Shown in pieces: positions 60,490-64,000 of a DNA stretch of 64,000 nucleotides. The position numbers were made by a program, and so were the translations under genes. This DNA comes from an uncultured Alphaproteobacteria bacterium (GTDB lineage Bacteria; Pseudomonadota; Alphaproteobacteria; Rhizobiales; Xanthobacteraceae), in contig CAVWTB010000064.1 in assembly GCA_963757845.1 (NCBI GenBank), positions 58,233 through 122,232 of the forward strand, given 5' to 3'. The notes under the pieces are model-generated. The model saw only the letters and a program-made list of their open reading frames with translations, had not been told where the DNA came from and did no database searches. Positions within the stretch are counted from its first letter, which is position 1. Every line of letters starts with the position of its first letter.

Positions 60490-61371
60490 TCACACGATAA
60501 ACGCCGGGTCGATCGGCGGCTCGAACAGGCGGCGCACGCTGATGATGTCGGTGCCCGAGGCGAGAATGCGTTCGTGCGCAGCAGCGATCGGCTCGATCGC
60601 GACCTGCATGTGAAAGGCGTTGGCGTGCACGAGCGTCGCGTGGTCGCGCACGATCGCGACGTGTCCCTTCCAGAAGATCAGGTCGCCACGGCGCAGATCG
60701 TCGATCTCGGCGTCCTCCAGCACCTCGCCCAGCGCCTGCCTGCTGCAGGTCGCTGTCGCGCGGCACGGCCATGCCGCAGGCACCGAGCGCGATCTGCACG
60801 AGGCCCGAGCAGTCGATGCCGAGCGCCGTCTTGCCGCCCCACAGATACGGCACGCCGACGAAGCGCTCGGCGATACCGACGAAATCGTTCTCGAACACGT
60901 TCAGCGCGCTGAGATGCTGCAGCGGCAGGAAATGCTGCTGCGGCGTGATCGCGAACGTGCCGTCGTCGCGCACGACCTCGATCGCAGCTCCCAGCGGCAG
61001 CGCCTCGACCGGCGGCATCTTGATCGACGGGCCCGGAAACGCGAACGTGCGCAGCGCCGCCACGCGATGTGTCGGCGTAAGGCGCGGCCGGACCAGCGCG
61101 CTGTCCGGCAGCCAGCCGACATAGCCGTCGCCGTTGAGCTGGCCCCACGACCATCCTTCGCCGTTGCTGTCGTAGATCGTGACGCGCTCGCCCTTCAGCG
61201 CCTCGGTCTCGAGCGCGGCGTCGTGCGACGGCGCCTTGCGCAGCGGCGCGACCGCATCGATGACCTCGAATTCCTCGCCCTCGACGAAGCGATCGGCCGT
61301 CACCTGGCCTTCGAGGTGTTTTGCGGCGATGTCGCCGCGGGCCGGCGTCAGGCGCGGGTCAGCCATAGCGT
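60490..61371 (-). CDS. NlpC/P60 (C40) cell-wall peptidase with N-terminal SH3b-like domains; one frame break near 60780
   Basis: 'MADPRLTPARGDIAAKHLEG', 'VGVPYLWGGKTALGIDCSGLVQIALGACGM' (catalytic Cys), 'LRRGDLIFWKGHVAIV' (His). Start overlaps upstream gene stop (ATGGCTGA). Confidence 0.8.
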
Positions 61372-62745
61372 TCCGCCAGCAGCTTGTAGATCGCGCGCGC
61401 CGCCTGGCACTCGCCGCCCTCCGGGCGCCCCGGTTTGGACGACGGCGTCCAGCCGTAGATATCGACATGCAGCCATGTGCGTCGCGGCCGCGACGAAGCG
61501 GCCAAGGAACAGCGCACAGGTGATCGAGCCGGCAAAGCCGCCGGACGGCGCATTGTTGATGTCGGCCACTTTCGAATCGAGCCAGGAGTCGTAAGGCGGC
61601 CACAGCGGCAGCCGCCAGAGCGGATCATGCTCGGCTTGCGCATGGCGGGCGACGTCGGCGGCGAGCCGCTCGTCGCGGGTATAGAACGGCGGCAATTCCG
61701 GTCCGAGCGCCACGCGCGCCGCGCCCGTCAGCGTGCCGAGGTCGATCAGCAGGTCGGGCTTCTCTTCATCCGCAAGCGCGAGCGCATCGGCGAGCACCAG
61801 GCGGCCCTCCGCATCGGTGTTGCCGATCTCGACCGTCGGCCCCTTGCGCGACGGGTAGATGTCGAGCGGTCGAAACGCGTTGCCTGCGACCGAATTCTCG
61901 ACCGCAGGGATCAGCACGCGCAGGCGCACCTTCAGCCTCGCATCCATGATCATCTGCGCGAGCGCGAGCACGTTGGCGGCGCCGCCCATGTCCTTCTTCA
62001 TGATCAGCATGCCGCTGGACGGCTTCAGGTCGACGCCGCCGGTGTCGAAGCAGACACCCTTGCCGACCAGCGTCACCTTCGGATGCGAAGCCTCGCCCCA
62101 GGTGACATCGATCAGCCGCGGCGCGCGGCTCGAGGCCTTGCCGACCGCGTGAATGAGCGGAAAATTCTGCGCCAGAAGGTCGTCGCCGACGATGCAGGAG
62201 AATTTTGCGCCGAAACGCTCCGCCAGCGAACGCGCGGCCTCGGCCAAGCTCTTCCGGCCCCATGTCGTTCGCCGGGATGTTGATGAGGTCGCGCGCAAGG
62301 CAGGCCGCCTCGGCCATGCGGCTCAGCTCGTCGCCATCGAGCTCGTTGGACAAGCAGCAGCTTGACGTCAGGCGCATCGGCCTTGCGGTAGCGCGAGAAG
62401 CGGTAGCTGCCGAGCGCGAACGCGAGCGCCGCAAGGCGCGCATCGTGCGGCGCGTTGGCAAAACGGTAGACGCCGGGCGGCAGCAGTCCCGGCAGCTGGC
62501 CCGGCCGGAACGGATCGCGCCATGTCGCGCCCTCGTCCTCCAGGCCGAACAGCACGCTGTCGATGCCGCCCTCGGCGGCCGGCAGCAGCAGGCACTGGCC
62601 CGGCTTGGCCTTGAAGGCGGCGGCCTCGACGAATTGTCGCGACGGCGCACCGAGCGCCTCGGTGACGCTGCCGAGCGACGATTTCGTGACGAAGGTGATG
62701 GGCGTCGCCGTGTGTCGCGGCCGGGACGTCGAAGACTGGATGCAT
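61366..62745 (-). CDS. M17 leucyl-aminopeptidase family protein; frame breaks
   Basis: 'NTDAEGRLVLADALA', 'VGKGVCFDTGGVDLKPSSGMLIMKKDMGGAA', N-terminal 'LFGLEDEGATWRDPFRPGQLPGLLPPGVYRF'. Confidence 0.75.
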
Positions 62746-62903
62746 GCTGCTTTCTACACTCGATGAGGTCTTTTGCGCCAAGACGGCCGCGCGCCCGCGG
62801 AGCCGTCCCGTTGGCGTCAATTAACCAGACATTAGGGTTAACAGTCTATTGCTCATGCGTTCGCCGCCCCCTTGCTTAGCGCGGACGGAACGAGTGGAAG
62901 TCC

Positions 62904-63806
62904 ATGCGTACGCGGTCCCCTGTCAAATTCGTTCTCACGGCGAGCATCGTGGCGATCGTGGCGGCCAGCGCCGGCGGATGTTCCAGCATTACGAGCATCG
63001 CGAACCGCGACGTGACCGGATCGGTCAGCCCGACGGCAGCCACACGACGACGTCCGCACAGCGATCCGAGGCCGACTGGCGCAAGGACATCGACGTCTAC
63101 GGCGAGCGCTATCGCACCAATCCGAAGGATGCCGAAGCGGCGCTGCGCTACGGCACTGCGCTGCGCGCCACCGGCCAGCGCGCGCAGGCCGCCGCCGTGC
63201 TGGAACAGGCAGCGATCGCCAATCCGAGGCGACCGTGCCTGCTTGCCGCCTACGGCCGCGCGCTGGTCGACAACGGCAACTACCAGCAGGGCTTTGACAC
63301 GCTGAGCCGCGCCCACACGCCCGACAATCCGGACTGGCACATCCTGTCGGTTCAGGGCACCGCGCTCGACCGGCTCGGCCGGCACGACGAGGCGCGGCGC
63401 TATTACAACAACGCGCTGAAGATCAAGCCGGACGAGCCTTCCGTGCTGTCCAATCTCGGCATGTCCTATGTGCTGTCCAAGCAGCTCGCCAAGGCCGAGG
63501 AGGCCTTGCGCCGCGCGCATGAGGGCGCGCAGTCCGACATGCGCATCCGGCAAAACCTCGCCCTGGCGATCGGGCTGCAGGGCCGCGTGCGGAGAAGCCG
63601 AAAGCATCGTCAGCCGCGGGCCTGCCGCCGGACGAGGCCGCCGAAAGCGTCAGCGCACTGAAGCAGATGCTCAACCGCGGCGGCGACGCAGAAGCCGCCG
63701 CAAGCGCCGCGCCCGCAGCGCCGAGCGATGCGCGCTCCGCAGCTGATCTGTCATTCGCAGCGGCGCGCACGCGCATAGCGTTCGAGAACGGCGTCGCTCG
63801 CAGCCT
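62904..63806 (+). CDS. TPR-repeat lipoprotein (possibly TadD-like); frame breaks; 3' end uncertain
   Basis: Lipobox 'IVAIVAASAGGCSS'. TPR units 'AEAALRYGTALRATGQRAQAAAVLEQAAIANP', 'YYNNALKIKPDEPSVLSNLGMSYVLSKQLAKAEEALRRA'. Confidence 0.6.
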
Positions 63807-63913
63807 AGTGGCGCGCGCTCTCGATCGCCGGCACGGCGATCAGCCTTCGAGCACCAGCATGCCGCTCGCGGACGTATGGCCGGCAACGCCGACGCTGTCA
63901 ACGCTCGGCAGCT

Positions 63914-64000
63914 ACATCATCTTGGAGATCTTGATGCCGGTCGGGCCCAGGATCACGACGAACAGCACCGGCAGGAAGAACAGCACCATCGGCACCGTCA
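63914..64000 (-). CDS. C-terminal end of a TadC-like (type II secretion system F-domain) pilus assembly membrane protein, partial at window edge
   Basis: '...TVPMVLFFLPVLFVVILGPTGIKISKMM*'. Confidence 0.35.

Overview
This 64-kb window is high-GC (about 64-65%) core chromosome from an alphaproteobacterium, most likely Bradyrhizobiaceae (Bradyrhizobium, Rhodopseudomonas or Nitrobacter type). The call rests on gene content and on three copies of a ~150-bp 'GTCATTGCGAGCGAAGCGAAGCAATCCAG...' palindromic REP element. Almost everything here is housekeeping. I see no coherent novel mobile, defence or CRISPR system.

Genes present:
- Amino acid and nucleotide biosynthesis: serA, serC, purD, hisZ and hisG.
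- Cell envelope precursors and LPS core: glmM, kdsB, lpxK and waaA.
- RNA and DNA housekeeping: rsmD, rsmE, rluB, tadA and xseA.
- Other housekeeping: ubiA and pmbA.
- Transport: a yejA-yejA'-yejB-yejE-yejF peptide ABC importer.
- Stress and envelope: a flotillin/NfeD/PspA module and two tandem Omp25-like porins.
- A TetR-linked hydrolase cluster.

About two thirds of the genes have their reading frame broken one to three times, and the pieces still tile perfectly into the expected protein. The affected genes include essential ones (serA, purD, hisG, lpxK, waaA, rluB). The most likely explanation is indel errors in the sequence, not pseudogenisation, so I call these CDS.

Observations worth a second look:
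- a ~340-bp purine-rich, T-poor, lower-GC segment (24060-24400) sitting where the 5' end of a glycoside-hydrolase gene should be
- a perfect CtrA-type TTAA-N7-TTAA box upstream of the tandem porins
- a palindromic operator between a TetR gene and a crotonase gene
- a 381-bp tandem PAS-module duplication in the sensor kinase
- a 177-bp tandem duplication in the low-complexity R/G/D extension of RluB
- duplicated substrate-binding proteins on the yej transporter
- a low-GC divergent intergenic region with twin stem-loops (possible small RNA)
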